NCBI GenBank assembly: GCA_963724295.1
Contig: CAVRUC010000007.1
Coordinates: forward strand, 352,001 to 416,000
Length of the DNA stretch: 64,000 nucleotides
Direction of reading: 5' to 3'
DNA from: an uncultured Chloroflexia bacterium
GTDB lineage: Bacteria > Chloroflexota > Chloroflexia > Thermomicrobiales > UBA6265
Part shown: in pieces, positions 40,059 through 52,045 of the stretch
Layout: each line of letters begins with the position of its first letter
Numbering within the stretch: position 1 is the first letter of the stretch
Notes under the pieces: generated by a model
Database searches by the model: none
The model's input: the letters and a program-made list of their open reading frames with translations, nothing else
What the model was told of the DNA's origin: nothing
Position numbers and translations under genes: made by a program

Positions 40059-41534
40059 CTAGAGAATATACGAGCTCAGGTCCTCGTCGGCGGCAACCTC
40101 ACCAACGCGCTCGCTGACGAAAGTGGCGTCGATCACGATGGTTTCGCCCTTGTGATCCGGAGCGTCAAACGAAATATCCTCGATGACGCGCTCGATGATT
40201 GTGTGCAGCCGGCGCGCGCCGATGTCCTCGGTCGATGCATTGACGGCTGTCGCCAGGTGAGCCATCTCTCGCAGGGCATCGCCCTCAAATTCGAGTTCGA
40301 CGCCCTCGGTCGCCAACAAGGCGACACTCTGCTTGGTGAGCGCGTTCTGAGGCTCGGTAAGAATGGCGTACAGGTCGTCCTCGCTCAGGCTTTGCAACTC
40401 GACTCGAATCGGAAAGCGCCCCTGGAGCTCCGGAATCAGGTCGGCGGGCCGAGCGTTGTGGAACGACCCGGCGGCAATGAACAGGATATGGTCGGTCCGT
40501 ACCGGCCCGTATCGCGTCATGACCACCGACCCTTCAACGATCGGCAGCAGATCCCGTTGCACCCCCTCGCCCGACACTTCGCCAGAATATTCACCGTCCG
40601 CATTGATGGTCTTGTCGATCTCGTCGATAAAGACCACGCCGGCTTGTTCGACTCGGCGCACCGCGGTCTCGATCACGGTGTCCCAGTCGACCAGCCGATC
40701 CTCTTCCTGTTGAGCCAGAATGCGACGCGCCTCCCGTACCGAAACCCGCCGCCGCGATCGCCGAGGCGGTGGCGCATAGCCGTCCAGGAAATCCTGAAAC
40801 GAGTCATAGAGCTCGTCCGGGGACATCCCGCCAACGGCTTCATACGGACTGTCGGCGAATTGTGGGTCGACCTCGATCTCGACGGTTTCTTCTTCCAGTG
40901 CTTCCTCGTTCAATAGGGCGAGGAGACGATCCTGTTCGCGTTTGCGGCGCCGTTCTTCGGCCGCGGTGGCGCGCTTCGGACCCGGTGCTCCGGAAGTGAC
41001 ACCGGCACGCCCGTTACGGCCCGCCGCGTTGACCAGGAGCTGCTCTGTCAATAAGTCGACCAGTCGTTGGCGCGCTGCCTGATCTGCCTCTTCCTTGACT
41101 TGCTCCAGACGCCGGCTGTGAAGCATGTCGATCGCGACCTCACAGAGGTCACGCACGATCGACTCGACGTCTCGTCCCACAAAGCCAACTTCGGTGAAGC
41201 GGGTGGCTTCGACTTTGACGAACGGAGCATCCACGATCTTCGCCACGCGCCGCGCGATCTCCGTCTTGCCAACCCCGGTCGGGCCCATCATCAGGATGTT
41301 CTTGGGGACGACCTCGCCGCGCAGCTCCTCGGGAAGGAGCTGTCGCCGAAATCGATTCCGGAGGGCCACTGCCACCGCTCGCTTGGCGTCACTTTGACCG
41401 ATGATGAAGCGATCCAGCTCGGCGACGATCTGAGCCGGCGTGAGATCTTCCATGATCGGTACGTCGACGGCGGCGTCCGCCCCGGGACGTCCGCTCGGTT
41501 GGGCTGGCGCGGTGCGCGGTTGTGCCTCGACCAT
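40059..41534 (-). CDS. hslU: ATP-dependent protease ATPase subunit
   Basis: IIGQSDAKRAVA, GPTGVGKTE, FIDEIDK, GVQRDLLP, PELQGRFPIRV, IGARRLHT. Confidence 0.96.
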   Translation of the reverse strand: MVEAQPRTAPAQPSGRPGADAAVDVPIMEDLTPAQIVAELDRFIIGQSDAKRAVAVALRNRFRRQLLPEELRGEVVPKNILMMGPTGVGKTEIARRVAKIVDAPFVKVEATRFTEVGFVGRDVESIVRDLCEVAIDMLHSRRLEQVKEEADQAARQRLVDLLTEQLLVNAAGRNGRAGVTSGAPGPKRATAAEERRRKREQDRLLALLNEEALEEETVEIEVDPQFADSPYEAVGGMSPDELYDSFQDFLDGYAPPPRRSRRRVSVREARRILAQQEEDRLVDWDTVIETAVRRVEQAGVVFIDEIDKTINADGEYSGEVSGEGVQRDLLPIVEGSVVMTRYGPVRTDHILFIAAGSFHNARPADLIPELQGRFPIRVELQSLSEDDLYAILTEPQNALTKQSVALLATEGVELEFEGDALREMAHLATAVNASTEDIGARRLHTIIERVIEDISFDAPDHKGETIVIDATFVSERVGEVAADEDLSSYIL

Positions 41535-41539
41535 CTCGA

Positions 41540-42190
41540 TTATTCCTCATAGCCCACTGTTACTTCAGATGCTGCATCCAGACCGGCATCGCCCTCCGCG
41601 GGCAGGGCTGTCGGTTCCGGCACGGTACTGATCGTAAATCGATCGTTGGTAAAGATGCACAGCTCAGCGGCGATGACCATCGCTGACTCGACGATCTCTC
41701 TGGCGGCAAGATCGGTGTGCGCGATGAGCGCCTTGGCCGCCGCGGTGGCGTACGGGGCGCCGGAACCGATGGCCGCGATTCCGTCGTCGGGTTCGATCAC
41801 ATCCCCCTCGCCGGACAAGACAAGGAGCGACTCACCGTCACCAACAATGAGCTGGGCCTCCAGCCGACGCAGGTAGCGATCGGTTCGCCATTCTTTGGCC
41901 AGCTCGACGGAGGCCTTGCGCAGGTTGCCGTCCGCCGACTTCAACTGGGTTTCGAATTTGGCGAAAAGCGTGAGCGCATCGGCAACGGCGCCGGCAAACC
42001 CGGCGATGACGGCGCCGTCGTAGAGCGTGCGAATCTTGCGCGCCCCGTGCTTGAGCACGACGTCTCCGACAGTCACCTGGCCGTCTCCAGCCATGGCGAC
42101 GACGCCGTCGCGCAGGACGCCCAGGATCGTCGTGCTGCGAATGGTCCTGGAGCTTATCTCGGACGCGTGGTTCCGCTCGTGGCGGGGCAT
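41540..42190 (-). CDS. hslV: ATP-dependent protease peptidase subunit
   Basis: [34 protein letters not shown]; short N-terminal extension before the catalytic Thr. Confidence 0.95.
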   Translation of the reverse strand: MPRHERNHASEISSRTIRSTTILGVLRDGVVAMAGDGQVTVGDVVLKHGARKIRTLYDGAVIAGFAGAVADALTLFAKFETQLKSADGNLRKASVELAKEWRTDRYLRRLEAQLIVGDGESLLVLSGEGDVIEPDDGIAAIGSGAPYATAAAKALIAHTDLAAREIVESAMVIAAELCIFTNDRFTISTVPEPTALPAEGDAGLDAASEVTVGYEE

Positions 42191-42307
42191 GATGTTGGAC
42201 TTCCTCGACGCTGTGTGGCGGCGACGCCGTTGCATCGCCGCGCGGAACCTTGACGGATTCGAATCTCTGATTCTAGTCGACACGCCGGAAGAGCTCGCGG
42301 CGGGATG

Positions 42308-44560
42308 CTACCCCGCTCGAGCCAGATCGGCGCTACGCTCGACGGAGGCTCCGCACGCCGGGCACTTATCCTGCCCCCGCCGGCCGGACTCCACAAGGTA
42401 GGCGTTGCCGCAACGCGGGCAGGCGCGATCAACCGGCTTGTTCCAGGAAACGAAGTCACAGGCCGGGTACCGCTCGCAACCAAAGAAGGTGCGGCCCTTC
42501 TTCGACCGGCGCTCGACAATCTCTCCTTCGCCGCAGGTTGGACAGCGCACGCCGATTCGCGTCAGGAGCGGACGCGCGTTGCGACAATCCGGGAAGCCGC
42601 TGCACGCCTGGAACTTTCCGAATTTTCCTAACTTGATGACCATTGGGCGACCGCAGCGCTCACAGTCCTCCCCGGCCGGTTCATCTTTCAGCCGGACCCG
42701 CTCCATCGTCTGCTCGGCGCGGGCCAGGGTCTCGACAAACGGACCGTAGAACTCGTGCAGGGTCGGCACCCAGGCACGATCGCCGGAGGCGATCTCGTCG
42801 AGCTCCTCTTCCATTTGGGAGGTAAATCCGACGTCGAAGACCCGCGGGAAGTGCTCGACCAGCAGATCATTGACAATCAGCCCCAGCTCGGTGGCGACGA
42901 GCTTCTTCTCTTCCGTCGCCACGTACCCTCGGGCTTGAATCGTGGCGATTGTCGGAGCGTAGGTGCTCGGTCGCCCGATGCCCTTCTCCTCCAGGGCCTT
43001 CACCAGCGACGCCTCGGTGAATCGCGGCGGCGGCTGGGTGAAATGCTGCTCGGGAAGGAGTTGCAGGAGATCAAGATCCTCGCCTGTTCCCAACGGAGGC
43101 AAGGCGCCCTTCTCGAGTTCGTCGGCCGCGTCTCCCTCGTCCCGTCCCACCTGATAGACGGCCATGTACCCGGGGAACTTCACGACGGAACCGGTCGCCC
43201 GAAACAGGAAGGGTGGATCTCCCGGCCGCGAGATCTCCTTTTCTCTTCCGGCGGCGACGTCGACTCCCGTCTGGTCGAGCACGGCCGGACACATTTGCGA
43301 GGCGATGAACCGCTGCCAGATGAGCTGGTAGAGTCGGAACTGCTGCGAGGATAGGAACGGCTTCACGCTCGCCGGGTCCCGGTGCGGCGCCGTCGGTCGG
43401 ATCGCCTCGTGTGCCTCCTGCGCGCCTTTTGCCTTGCGTGAGTAGAGCGGCGGCCGTTCGGGCACGAACTCCGGGCCATAGCGGCGCGCGATCTCCTCGC
43501 GCGCGGCAAACTGCGCCGAGGATGCGACGTTCGTCGAATCGGTCCGCATGTAGGTGATCAGACCCTGCGTCCCTTGGGCGCCAAGATCGACACCTTCGTA
43601 GAGCTCCTGGGCGATCTGCATGGTGCGGCGAACACCGAGACCAATCTTGCGCGAGGCCTCTTGCTGAAGTGTGCTCGTCGTGAAGGGCGGCGATGGCCGT
43701 CGCTGCACTTCCTTGCGGGTGACATCGGCGACGCGGTAGTGAGCACCATCCAGAGCGGCCAGTACTGCCTCAGTCTGCTCAGCGTTGTCAAGGGTGATCT
43801 TCTTGCCCTGAACGCGTTGCAATCCGGCGCGAAAGATGTCCCTCGGCTTCGGCTCGCCTCCCGTCTGCTTGGCCAGCTCCGCGTCAATCGACCAGTACTC
43901 AACCGGCTCGAAGGCCTGAATCTCCCGTTCCCGCTCCACGACGATGCGCAGCGCCGCGGTCTGGACCCGCCCCGCCGACAGACCGCGCTTGACCTTCTTC
44001 CAAAGAAGGGGGCTGACCTTGTAGCCAACCAGCCGGTCGAGCACGCGCCGCGCCTGCTGCGCGTCTACCAAATCGGGATCAATGCCGCGCGGGCTGGCCA
44101 TAGCCTCGCTCACGGCCTGGGGGGTGATCTCGTGGAAGACCACGCGATGCACCGGCTTGGCCTCCGCGCCGGTGGCCTGAATCAGGTGCCAGGCGATAGC
44201 CTCGCCCTCGCGATCGGGGTCCGTCGCGAGGTAGACCTCACGCGCCTTCTGGACGCTCTCCTTGAGCTCCTTGATCAGCTTGGTCTTGTCTCTCGGCACC
44301 AGGTACGTCGGGGCAAAATTGTCGTCGACGTCGACCCCGAGGGTGCTCTTTGGCAGATCGCGAACGTGGCCCATCGAGGCCTTCACGGTGTAGCCGCTGC
44401 CAAGGTACTTGCCAATGGTCCGCGCTTTCGCTGGAGATTCGACGATCACCAGGCGACCACGACCTGGACCGGTGGCGGCAACCTTCGATTTGCTTTTCGT
44501 CGACGAGTTCGAGGACTTCGCCGCAGCGCGGCGCGGTTTAGGCGATGGTGATTGAGGCAT
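42308..44560 (-). CDS. topA: DNA topoisomerase I (type IA)
   Basis: IVESPAKA, ATDPDREGE, SAGRVQ, ITYMRTDS, AHEAIRPT, GIGRPSTY; C-terminal zinc ribbons. Confidence 0.97.
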   Translation of the reverse strand: MPQSPSPKPRRAAAKSSNSSTKSKSKVAATGPGRGRLVIVESPAKARTIGKYLGSGYTVKASMGHVRDLPKSTLGVDVDDNFAPTYLVPRDKTKLIKELKESVQKAREVYLATDPDREGEAIAWHLIQATGAEAKPVHRVVFHEITPQAVSEAMASPRGIDPDLVDAQQARRVLDRLVGYKVSPLLWKKVKRGLSAGRVQTAALRIVVEREREIQAFEPVEYWSIDAELAKQTGGEPKPRDIFRAGLQRVQGKKITLDNAEQTEAVLAALDGAHYRVADVTRKEVQRRPSPPFTTSTLQQEASRKIGLGVRRTMQIAQELYEGVDLGAQGTQGLITYMRTDSTNVASSAQFAAREEIARRYGPEFVPERPPLYSRKAKGAQEAHEAIRPTAPHRDPASVKPFLSSQQFRLYQLIWQRFIASQMCPAVLDQTGVDVAAGREKEISRPGDPPFLFRATGSVVKFPGYMAVYQVGRDEGDAADELEKGALPPLGTGEDLDLLQLLPEQHFTQPPPRFTEASLVKALEEKGIGRPSTYAPTIATIQARGYVATEEKKLVATELGLIVNDLLVEHFPRVFDVGFTSQMEEELDEIASGDRAWVPTLHEFYGPFVETLARAEQTMERVRLKDEPAGEDCERCGRPMVIKLGKFGKFQACSGFPDCRNARPLLTRIGVRCPTCGEGEIVERRSKKGRTFFGCERYPACDFVSWNKPVDRACPRCGNAYLVESGRRGQDKCPACGASVERSADLARAG

Positions 44561-44653
44561 GATGGACTAGGGTCTCCGTGCGAGGCGGGTGTTGGCAAAG
44601 CGGGAACGCGGTGCAATCGAGCGCGGCGGTACTGGCGCCGCGAACGGGGCGGA

Positions 44654-44683
44654 ACGTTAGACACCACAGCGGCGCAATGTCAA
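44654..44683 (-). promoter_or_regulatory. Putative sigma70 promoter of topA
   Basis: Minus strand TTGACA-18 bp-TAACGT. Confidence 0.55.
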
Positions 44684-44733
44684 GGACGCCTGGCGGTCAT
44701 CCCCGTTCGCGGCGCTCCATATGACGGACTGCT

Positions 44734-45855
44734 CTATCGGAGAACGTAATACTGCGCTCCGTGGTTCCGCACCAATCCCTTCAATTCCATCGTCAGCATC
44801 AGGGCCGAGGCAGTTCCAGCCGGGAGCCCCGCGTCCTCGGCAAGCTCGTCGATGTGGCGGGCCTCCTTGCCCAGCGCGTCATAGAGCCTGCGTTCATTGT
44901 CGTCAAGCAACAGTTGGGCCTGTTTTGCCACAGGTCCGCTGCCAACGCCGAGACCGAGATCTTCCAAGATGTCCGCGCCGTCGCGCACCAGTCGTGCGCC
45001 ATCCCGCAGGAGTCCATTAGTGCCCTCCGATGTTTGGGCAAAGATGCTCCCGGGAATGACGAACACCTCACGGCCCTGGTCGCCGGCGAATGACGCTGTG
45101 ATGAGCGCGCCACTCCGCGCCGGAGCCTCGATGATGAGCGTCCCCAGCGTCATCCCGGAGACGATCCGATTGCGGGCTGGAAAATTCTGGGCGTCCGGCT
45201 TTGCGCCAGGCGGGAATTCGGAGAGGATGGCTCCGGATTCGACGATCTGTTCGGAAAGCCGGCGGTGCTCGGCTGGATAGATCACGTCAGGACCGGAGCC
45301 GAGGACGGCGATGGTGCGGCCGCCCGCTTCGAGCGCGGCGCGGTGGGCAACGGCGTCCACTCCGCGAGCCAGCCCCGAGACCACGGTGACACCGGCCTGG
45401 GCGAGCTCGGCGGCGATTCGCTCCGCGGCTTGCCTTCCATAGGGAGTTGCCCGGCGCGTACCGACGATCGCGACCGACGTGTCGTCAGCAGCGGCAAGCT
45501 CGCCCCGTACATAGAGAAGTGAAGGTCGACCTGAAATTTCGGCAAGGAGGCGCGGGTAGGACGGGTGTACGGGGTGGACTGCGCGGATCCCGAGTCGACG
45601 AAGTCGCTCGAGCTCAGCCGCCGGATCGATCCGGCCGCGCGCGGCGAGCAGTTCCGAGAGTGACCGTGACTCCAGCGCCACCCGGAGCGCTTCCGCCGGA
45701 GCCGACCAGGCAGTAGAAAGCGAGCCGAACGTCTGCAACAGCCGGTCGATGCGTGCGGGCCCGATGTATGGCACGCGAGAGATCGCGAGCCAGAATGCGG
45801 TCTCGCTATCGGCGTCCGACGCCCCGGGTGCTCCCTGACGGTTTGTATCGGTCAC
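44734..45855 (-). CDS. dprA: DNA-processing protein
   Basis: AIVGTR, VSGLARGVD, FPARNRIVSG, SGALITA; C-terminal winged helix. Confidence 0.96.
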   Translation of the reverse strand: MTDTNRQGAPGASDADSETAFWLAISRVPYIGPARIDRLLQTFGSLSTAWSAPAEALRVALESRSLSELLAARGRIDPAAELERLRRLGIRAVHPVHPSYPRLLAEISGRPSLLYVRGELAAADDTSVAIVGTRRATPYGRQAAERIAAELAQAGVTVVSGLARGVDAVAHRAALEAGGRTIAVLGSGPDVIYPAEHRRLSEQIVESGAILSEFPPGAKPDAQNFPARNRIVSGMTLGTLIIEAPARSGALITASFAGDQGREVFVIPGSIFAQTSEGTNGLLRDGARLVRDGADILEDLGLGVGSGPVAKQAQLLLDDNERRLYDALGKEARHIDELAEDAGLPAGTASALMLTMELKGLVRNHGAQYYVLR

Positions 45856-46027
45856 CGTTGCCCTTTCCGCCCGACACCTGCGTCGTCACGGACGATTGTA
45901 TAGGTAGCACTCTGCGGGTTCGGACCGCCGTGGACGAGCGCTCGCGTCGCTTGGCTAGAATGATCGTTGCGCTGGTCGGGCGAATGGCGACGAGGGAGAA
46001 CCGCGAGACGCGGGCTTGGGGGCTGCA

Positions 46028-46792
46028 ATGCGATTGAACAATCCGGTGAAAGAGACACTGCGCGCGGGGGGCACCGCGATCGGCGTATTCATTCCTATGC
46101 CCTCTCCGGACGTCGTCGAGATCGTGGCACTGGCTGGATTCGATTTTGCCCTCCTCGACGCCGAGCATGGTCGGATCAGCCCCGACGACGCATACCCGAT
46201 GATCCTGGCCGCCGAAGCCAGAGACGTCCCCGCGTTGGTGCGCGTTGGCGAAAACGATCGCCAGGTCATCCTCAAGTACCTCGATCTCGGCGTGTCCGGC
46301 GTGATGATTCCGCAAACCAACTCGCCGGAGCTTGCACGTGCGGCAATCGAGGCGGTGCGGTACGCCCCGGCTGGCTTGCGCGGCCTTGCGGGTGGCCGCA
46401 CATTCGACTACGGACAGGGCAGGCCGATGTCCGAGCTCGTGCCGGCGATCAACGAACGGGTCCTCAGCATTGTCCAGTTCGAGCATATCGATGCCCTCCC
46501 CCTCCTCGACGCCGTGCTCGCAACTGAGGGACTCGACGTGCTCTTCGTTGGGCCGACCGATCTGCATCAGTCAATGGGATATGGCGGACAACTCGGTCAT
46601 CCGGACGTAGAGGCCGTGATCCAGCAGGTTGTCGATGCCGCCAGGGACCGAGGTGTTGCGCTGGCTATCGTCGCCCCTGATGCTGAACAGACGAACCGGC
46701 GGCTGAAGCAGGGGTTCCAGATGGTTGTCACGAATGTGCCGGCTTTGCTGATGCGCGCCTCGCGCGAGATGCTGACCGCTATCGAGCGCTGA
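46028..46792 (+). CDS. HpcH/HpaI aldolase family protein
   Basis: GFDFALLDAEH, VRV, LDLG..GVMIP, QFE, FVGPTDL. Confidence 0.92.
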   Translation: MRLNNPVKETLRAGGTAIGVFIPMPSPDVVEIVALAGFDFALLDAEHGRISPDDAYPMILAAEARDVPALVRVGENDRQVILKYLDLGVSGVMIPQTNSPELARAAIEAVRYAPAGLRGLAGGRTFDYGQGRPMSELVPAINERVLSIVQFEHIDALPLLDAVLATEGLDVLFVGPTDLHQSMGYGGQLGHPDVEAVIQQVVDAARDRGVALAIVAPDAEQTNRRLKQGFQMVVTNVPALLMRASREMLTAIER

Positions 46793-47295
46793 TGCACGGG
46801 ATGACTGTCACCATCCGCGATGCGGAGCCAGACGACTATGACCGGATCATCAGTAACGTCGACGCCTGGTGGGGCGGGCGGTCGATGTCCGGCATGCTGC
46901 CGCGTCTCTTCTTCAATTACTTTCGGCCGTGGACCTTTGTCGCGGCTCACGACGAAACAATCATTGGCTTCCTGGCGGGATTCCAGTCGCAAACCGATCC
47001 GCGCCAGGTCTATTGCCACTTCATTGGCGTTGATCCTGGCTGGCGCGGCCAAGGCGTCGGCGAGGCCCTTTACCAGCGTCTTTTCGTGGAAGCGACTTCG
47101 CGGGGTTGCCGAGAGGTGCATGCGGTGACGGCTCCCACGAACCGCGGCTCGATCGCGTTCCACACCCGTATGGGATTCACGTCCCTGCCGGGACCTTGCT
47201 CGGAGTTTCAGGTTCCCTACAGTCCGGACTATGATGGACCCGGCGAGGACCGGGTCAGGTTCCGGAAACCATTGCTCGATCCATCACGGCGCTAG
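46792..47295 (+). CDS. GNAT N-acetyltransferase
   Basis: WWGGR, FIGVDPGWRGQGVG, N..SIAFH..MGF; TGATG overlap with the aldolase stop. Confidence 0.9.
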   Translation: MHGMTVTIRDAEPDDYDRIISNVDAWWGGRSMSGMLPRLFFNYFRPWTFVAAHDETIIGFLAGFQSQTDPRQVYCHFIGVDPGWRGQGVGEALYQRLFVEATSRGCREVHAVTAPTNRGSIAFHTRMGFTSLPGPCSEFQVPYSPDYDGPGEDRVRFRKPLLDPSRR

Positions 47296-47309
47296 CGGCC
47301 GATTGTCAA

Positions 47310-47338
47310 TTGAGTATGTCAACGGGCTGTGGTATCCT
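47310..47338 (+). promoter_or_regulatory. Putative sigma70 promoter of oppDF
   Basis: TTGAGT-17 bp-TATCCT with extended -10 TG. Confidence 0.6.
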
Positions 47339-47498
47339 CCGGCGCCAGCATGTGGACGAATTACACAGATTTAGGTTCTTCGCGGCACGCCACCGGTCGT
47401 ACGACGCGGCAGTGATCACCGCCTTCAGCGGCCAAAAGCGGCAAGAGGATTCTGCGCAGAGTCCAGGGCCAGTGAGCCGGTGACCGAGAGGAGCAACC

Positions 47499-48701
<1,203 letters not shown>

Positions 48702-48713
48702 AGGGAGCGATTG

Positions 48714-49832
48714 ATGGCAGCATCCAAACCGGTCGGCGCCTCCTCCACCGCGACACAGGCCGCGGAGCCCCAGGTAACCGCTAACGGCGCGAAAAGCAAT
48801 GGCGCTGGCGATTCACTCCTTACTGTCAATAATCTGGTGATGCACTTCCCGCTGACGCGGGGAATCATCTTCCAGAAGAAAGTTGGCGCTGTTCAGGCTG
48901 TCGACGGAATCTCGTTCAATGTCAAGCCGGGTGAGACGCTGGGTCTGGTCGGCGAGTCGGGTTGCGGCAAGTCGACAACCGGGCGCGCGATCCTTCAGCT
49001 CTACAAGCCAACCGACGGTGAAGTCATCTTCAAGGGCAAGGATCTGACCAAGCTTAATGGCGGCGACATGCGCAAGATGCGTCGCCATTTGCAGATGATT
49101 TTCCAGGACCCCTACGCGTCGTTGAATCCGCGGATGACGGTCGGCAACATCGTGTCTGAGCCGATGCAGATCCACAATCTCGTTCCCAAGAGGGACCGCA
49201 CGCAGCGGGTGCAGGAGTTGCTGGAGACCGTCGGGCTCAATCCCTATTTCGCGAATCGCTATCCGCATGAGTTCTCCGGTGGACAGCGCCAGCGCATCGG
49301 TATCGCCCGGGCGCTCGCCGCGAACCCGGATTTCATCGTCGCCGACGAGCCCGTGTCCGCCCTCGACGTTTCGATTCAGGCCCAGATCGTCAACCTCCTG
49401 GAAGACCTGCAGGAGCGATTCGGGCTCACCTACCTCTTCATCGCCCACGACCTGTCGGTGGTGAAGCACATCTCGGATCGCGTGGCGGTCATGTATCTCG
49501 GCAAGATCGTCGAGATGGCCGACCGCAACGAGCTCTACGCGGACCCGTTGCACCCCTATACAAAGGCCCTTCTCTCAGCCGTTCCGATTCCGGACCCGGT
49601 GATCGAAAAGCGACGCGAGCGCATCATCCTCCCGGGCGACGTCCCGAGCCCGATCAACCCGCCTTCAGGCTGCCATTTCCACACGCGCTGTCCATACGCC
49701 ATGGAGGTTTGTCGCCAGGTCGACCCGGTCTTCGCGGACCAGGGTAACGGCCACTTCGTAGCCTGCCATCTCTACCCAGGTTCCGGCGCCGAGCAGGCTC
49801 CTGGCGGCGCGGCGAAGTTCCAGGCGATTTAG
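48714..49832 (+). CDS. oppF: Oligopeptide ABC ATPase
   Basis: [43 protein letters not shown]. Confidence 0.94.
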   Translation: MAASKPVGASSTATQAAEPQVTANGAKSNGAGDSLLTVNNLVMHFPLTRGIIFQKKVGAVQAVDGISFNVKPGETLGLVGESGCGKSTTGRAILQLYKPTDGEVIFKGKDLTKLNGGDMRKMRRHLQMIFQDPYASLNPRMTVGNIVSEPMQIHNLVPKRDRTQRVQELLETVGLNPYFANRYPHEFSGGQRQRIGIARALAANPDFIVADEPVSALDVSIQAQIVNLLEDLQERFGLTYLFIAHDLSVVKHISDRVAVMYLGKIVEMADRNELYADPLHPYTKALLSAVPIPDPVIEKRRERIILPGDVPSPINPPSGCHFHTRCPYAMEVCRQVDPVFADQGNGHFVACHLYPGSGAEQAPGGAAKFQAI

Positions 49833-49858
49833 AGCGACGACCCGGTTGGCGTGATTAG

Positions 49859-50521
49859 ATGCCTGGATTCGGGGAATTCGATCCCCAGTATTTTTTCGCG
49901 GTCATCGTCACCTTCATCATCGCCATCACGGTCCATGAGTTCATGCACGCCTGGACCGCCTGGATGCTCGGCGATGACACCGCACGTCTCTTAGGGCGCG
50001 TCAGCCTGAACCCGGTGGTGCACTTCGATCCCATCGGTGCCTTGCTGTTCGTCCTGATTGCACTTGGGCTACCTGGAATTGCCTGGGGTAAGCCCGTTCC
50101 GGTGAATGATTTCCGACTGCGTCCCGCCGGCAGGTTTGGCCGGCACGGGAGCATGGCTCTTGTCGCGTTCGCGGGACCGCTTTCGAATGTAGTCCTCGGA
50201 GCTGTCGCCGCCGGCATCTGGCGTCTCTCCTCATCCGCCGGTGTGCGTCTCGGTGCGGTCGAGCAATTCCTAGAAATCTTCATGCTCGTCAACTTCAGTC
50301 TCGCGGCGTTCAATATGATTCCGTTGCCGCCGCTCGACGGGTCGCGCATTCTCGTCGCGCTGCTGCCGCCCTTCTGGCGTCCGGTTCTGGCGCCCCTGGA
50401 GCGATACGGCGTGCCGATCCTGATTCTGCTGCTCATTTTTGGGCGGGGGATTGGGAGCAGCATCATCGGCGGAATCACGGACCCGGTGCTCGGACTTCTG
50501 CTGGCCATCTTCGTCGGCTGA
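49859..50521 (+). CDS. Site-2 protease (M50, YwhC-like)
   Basis: HEFMH, AGPLSN, FNMIPLPPLDG. Confidence 0.92.
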   Translation: MPGFGEFDPQYFFAVIVTFIIAITVHEFMHAWTAWMLGDDTARLLGRVSLNPVVHFDPIGALLFVLIALGLPGIAWGKPVPVNDFRLRPAGRFGRHGSMALVAFAGPLSNVVLGAVAAGIWRLSSSAGVRLGAVEQFLEIFMLVNFSLAAFNMIPLPPLDGSRILVALLPPFWRPVLAPLERYGVPILILLLIFGRGIGSSIIGGITDPVLGLLLAIFVG

Positions 50522-50598
50522 CGCAGCTGCCAGAGAGCCATCCACCCTCGCTGGGCCTCAGCGGTCATACCGACGCCCGCATCGCGTAGACTCACGTC

Positions 50599-51405
50599 AT
50601 GGCGCAATCGTCCGCTGCGGTCACAACGCTCGACGGCTATCAGTTTCGGCTACCGTCCTTCGAGGGACCGCTCGATGTGCTGTTACGGCTCATCGAGCGA
50701 GATCAGCTGGCAATCAGCGAAGTATCCCTGCTGGCCGTCTTCGATCAGTTCCTGGAGCATCTGGCCACGCTGGAAGCAGACGCTCCTGACGCAATCGCGG
50801 AATTCGTCCTGGTGGCCGGCCGTCTCTCCGTGCTCAAGTCCCGAGCCCTGCTGCCCCGTCCCGCAAAGCCATTGGAAGAACCCGACGAAATCGATCTCGT
50901 CACACAGTTGGAAGCGTATCGGGCGGTGAAGGCTGCGGCCGAGCTTCTCGGCGTCCGCCAGCGCAATGGCTCCGGCGCCTTCGGTCGCGGCGAAGCCATC
51001 GCGTGCCCGCCGGCGGAGCCAGCCCGATTCGCGCCTCAGCCGCCATCGGCACTGGTGCAAGCCGTCAGCCGCTGGCTGACGCGCGTGCCCGCGAAACCCG
51101 TGCTGCTTCCTGCCCACCGCGTCATTTCGCTGCGCGAGATGGTCTCGAGGATTAGCTCAGCCCTGGACCGCGACGCACGTATCTCGTTCGACCGTATCCG
51201 AGCCACCTGTGCCGGACCGCAAGACACCGTGGTGGCCTTTCTGGCCCTCCTCACGTTGATCCGCCGGCAGACCGTAATGGCAACTCAGTCAGAGCTTTTC
51301 GGGCCGATTGAACTGGCGCGCGGGGCATACTCGGTTCGCGCATCAAACGAAATGCGGGTGTCACGACCGGACGGAACGAATGGTGAGGACCGACGCGGCA
51401 CGTGA
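50599..51405 (+). CDS. scpA: Segregation/condensation protein A
   Basis: FEGPLDVLLRLI, KSRALLP, FLALLTL, Q.ELFGPI. Confidence 0.92.
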   Translation: MAQSSAAVTTLDGYQFRLPSFEGPLDVLLRLIERDQLAISEVSLLAVFDQFLEHLATLEADAPDAIAEFVLVAGRLSVLKSRALLPRPAKPLEEPDEIDLVTQLEAYRAVKAAAELLGVRQRNGSGAFGRGEAIACPPAEPARFAPQPPSALVQAVSRWLTRVPAKPVLLPAHRVISLREMVSRISSALDRDARISFDRIRATCAGPQDTVVAFLALLTLIRRQTVMATQSELFGPIELARGAYSVRASNEMRVSRPDGTNGEDRRGT

Positions 51406-52045
51406 GTCCAGGGCTACCGCTAGCCCACCTGAGTTGGCGCCATTGGTCAGCGTGGATCATCACGAGCTGCCGGCGCTGCTCGAAGCGTTGCTGCTGGTGT
51501 CGCCTGAGCCGGCTGACCTTCGTGATCTTGCGGCGGCGGCCGGTGTTGCCGTCTCCACGGTCGAAGACGCGCTGACCACCATCAACGACGACCCCTCGCG
51601 CGGCTGGGTGGTGATCCGGCACCGGGATACGGTGCACCTTTCCTCGGCGCCCCGGTTTGCGCCGTATGTTCGCCGCTTCCTCGGACTCGACCGGGAGGCG
51701 CGGCTCTCCGGGGCGGCGCTGGAGACGCTGGCACTCATTGCCTATCGGCAACCGGTAACGCGGGCCGAGATCGAATCGCTCAGGGGCGTTGATAGCTCCG
51801 GGGTCCTCTCCACCCTGTTCGCCCGAGGCCTGATCGAAGTCGCGGGCAGGCTGCCCACGGTCGGCAATCCGCATCAGTACGTGACATCACTCGAGTTTCT
51901 CAAGCAATTTGGATTGCGCTCGCTCGAGGATCTGCCACCACTTGCAGAGATAACCGGCTACGGGTCCGAGTTGATGTTCGAGCAGTTTCAAGGACCCCCG
52001 CGAAGTGAGAGTCCGGGCAAATCCGGCAGCGGCGAACCTGGCTAG
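51380..52045 (+). CDS. scpB: Segregation/condensation protein B
   Basis: LEALL, LSGAALETLALIAYRQPVTRAEIE..RGV, FL..FGL.SLEDLP; start uncertain. Confidence 0.93.
   Translation: MVRTDAARESRATASPPELAPLVSVDHHELPALLEALLLVSPEPADLRDLAAAAGVAVSTVEDALTTINDDPSRGWVVIRHRDTVHLSSAPRFAPYVRRFLGLDREARLSGAALETLALIAYRQPVTRAEIESLRGVDSSGVLSTLFARGLIEVAGRLPTVGNPHQYVTSLEFLKQFGLRSLEDLPPLAEITGYGSELMFEQFQGPPRSESPGKSGSGEPG

Noticed and set aside
39975..40916. Long antisense ORFs (313 aa here; also 24652-25647, 43574-44551, 14096-14878)
   Set aside because: They lie opposite hslU, dnaA, topA and nrdJ, lack motifs, and are expected from high-GC codon bias
45905..45930. CIRCE-like TAGCACTC upstream of dprA
   Set aside because: Only a half site, with no GAGTGCTAA arm after the 9-bp spacer
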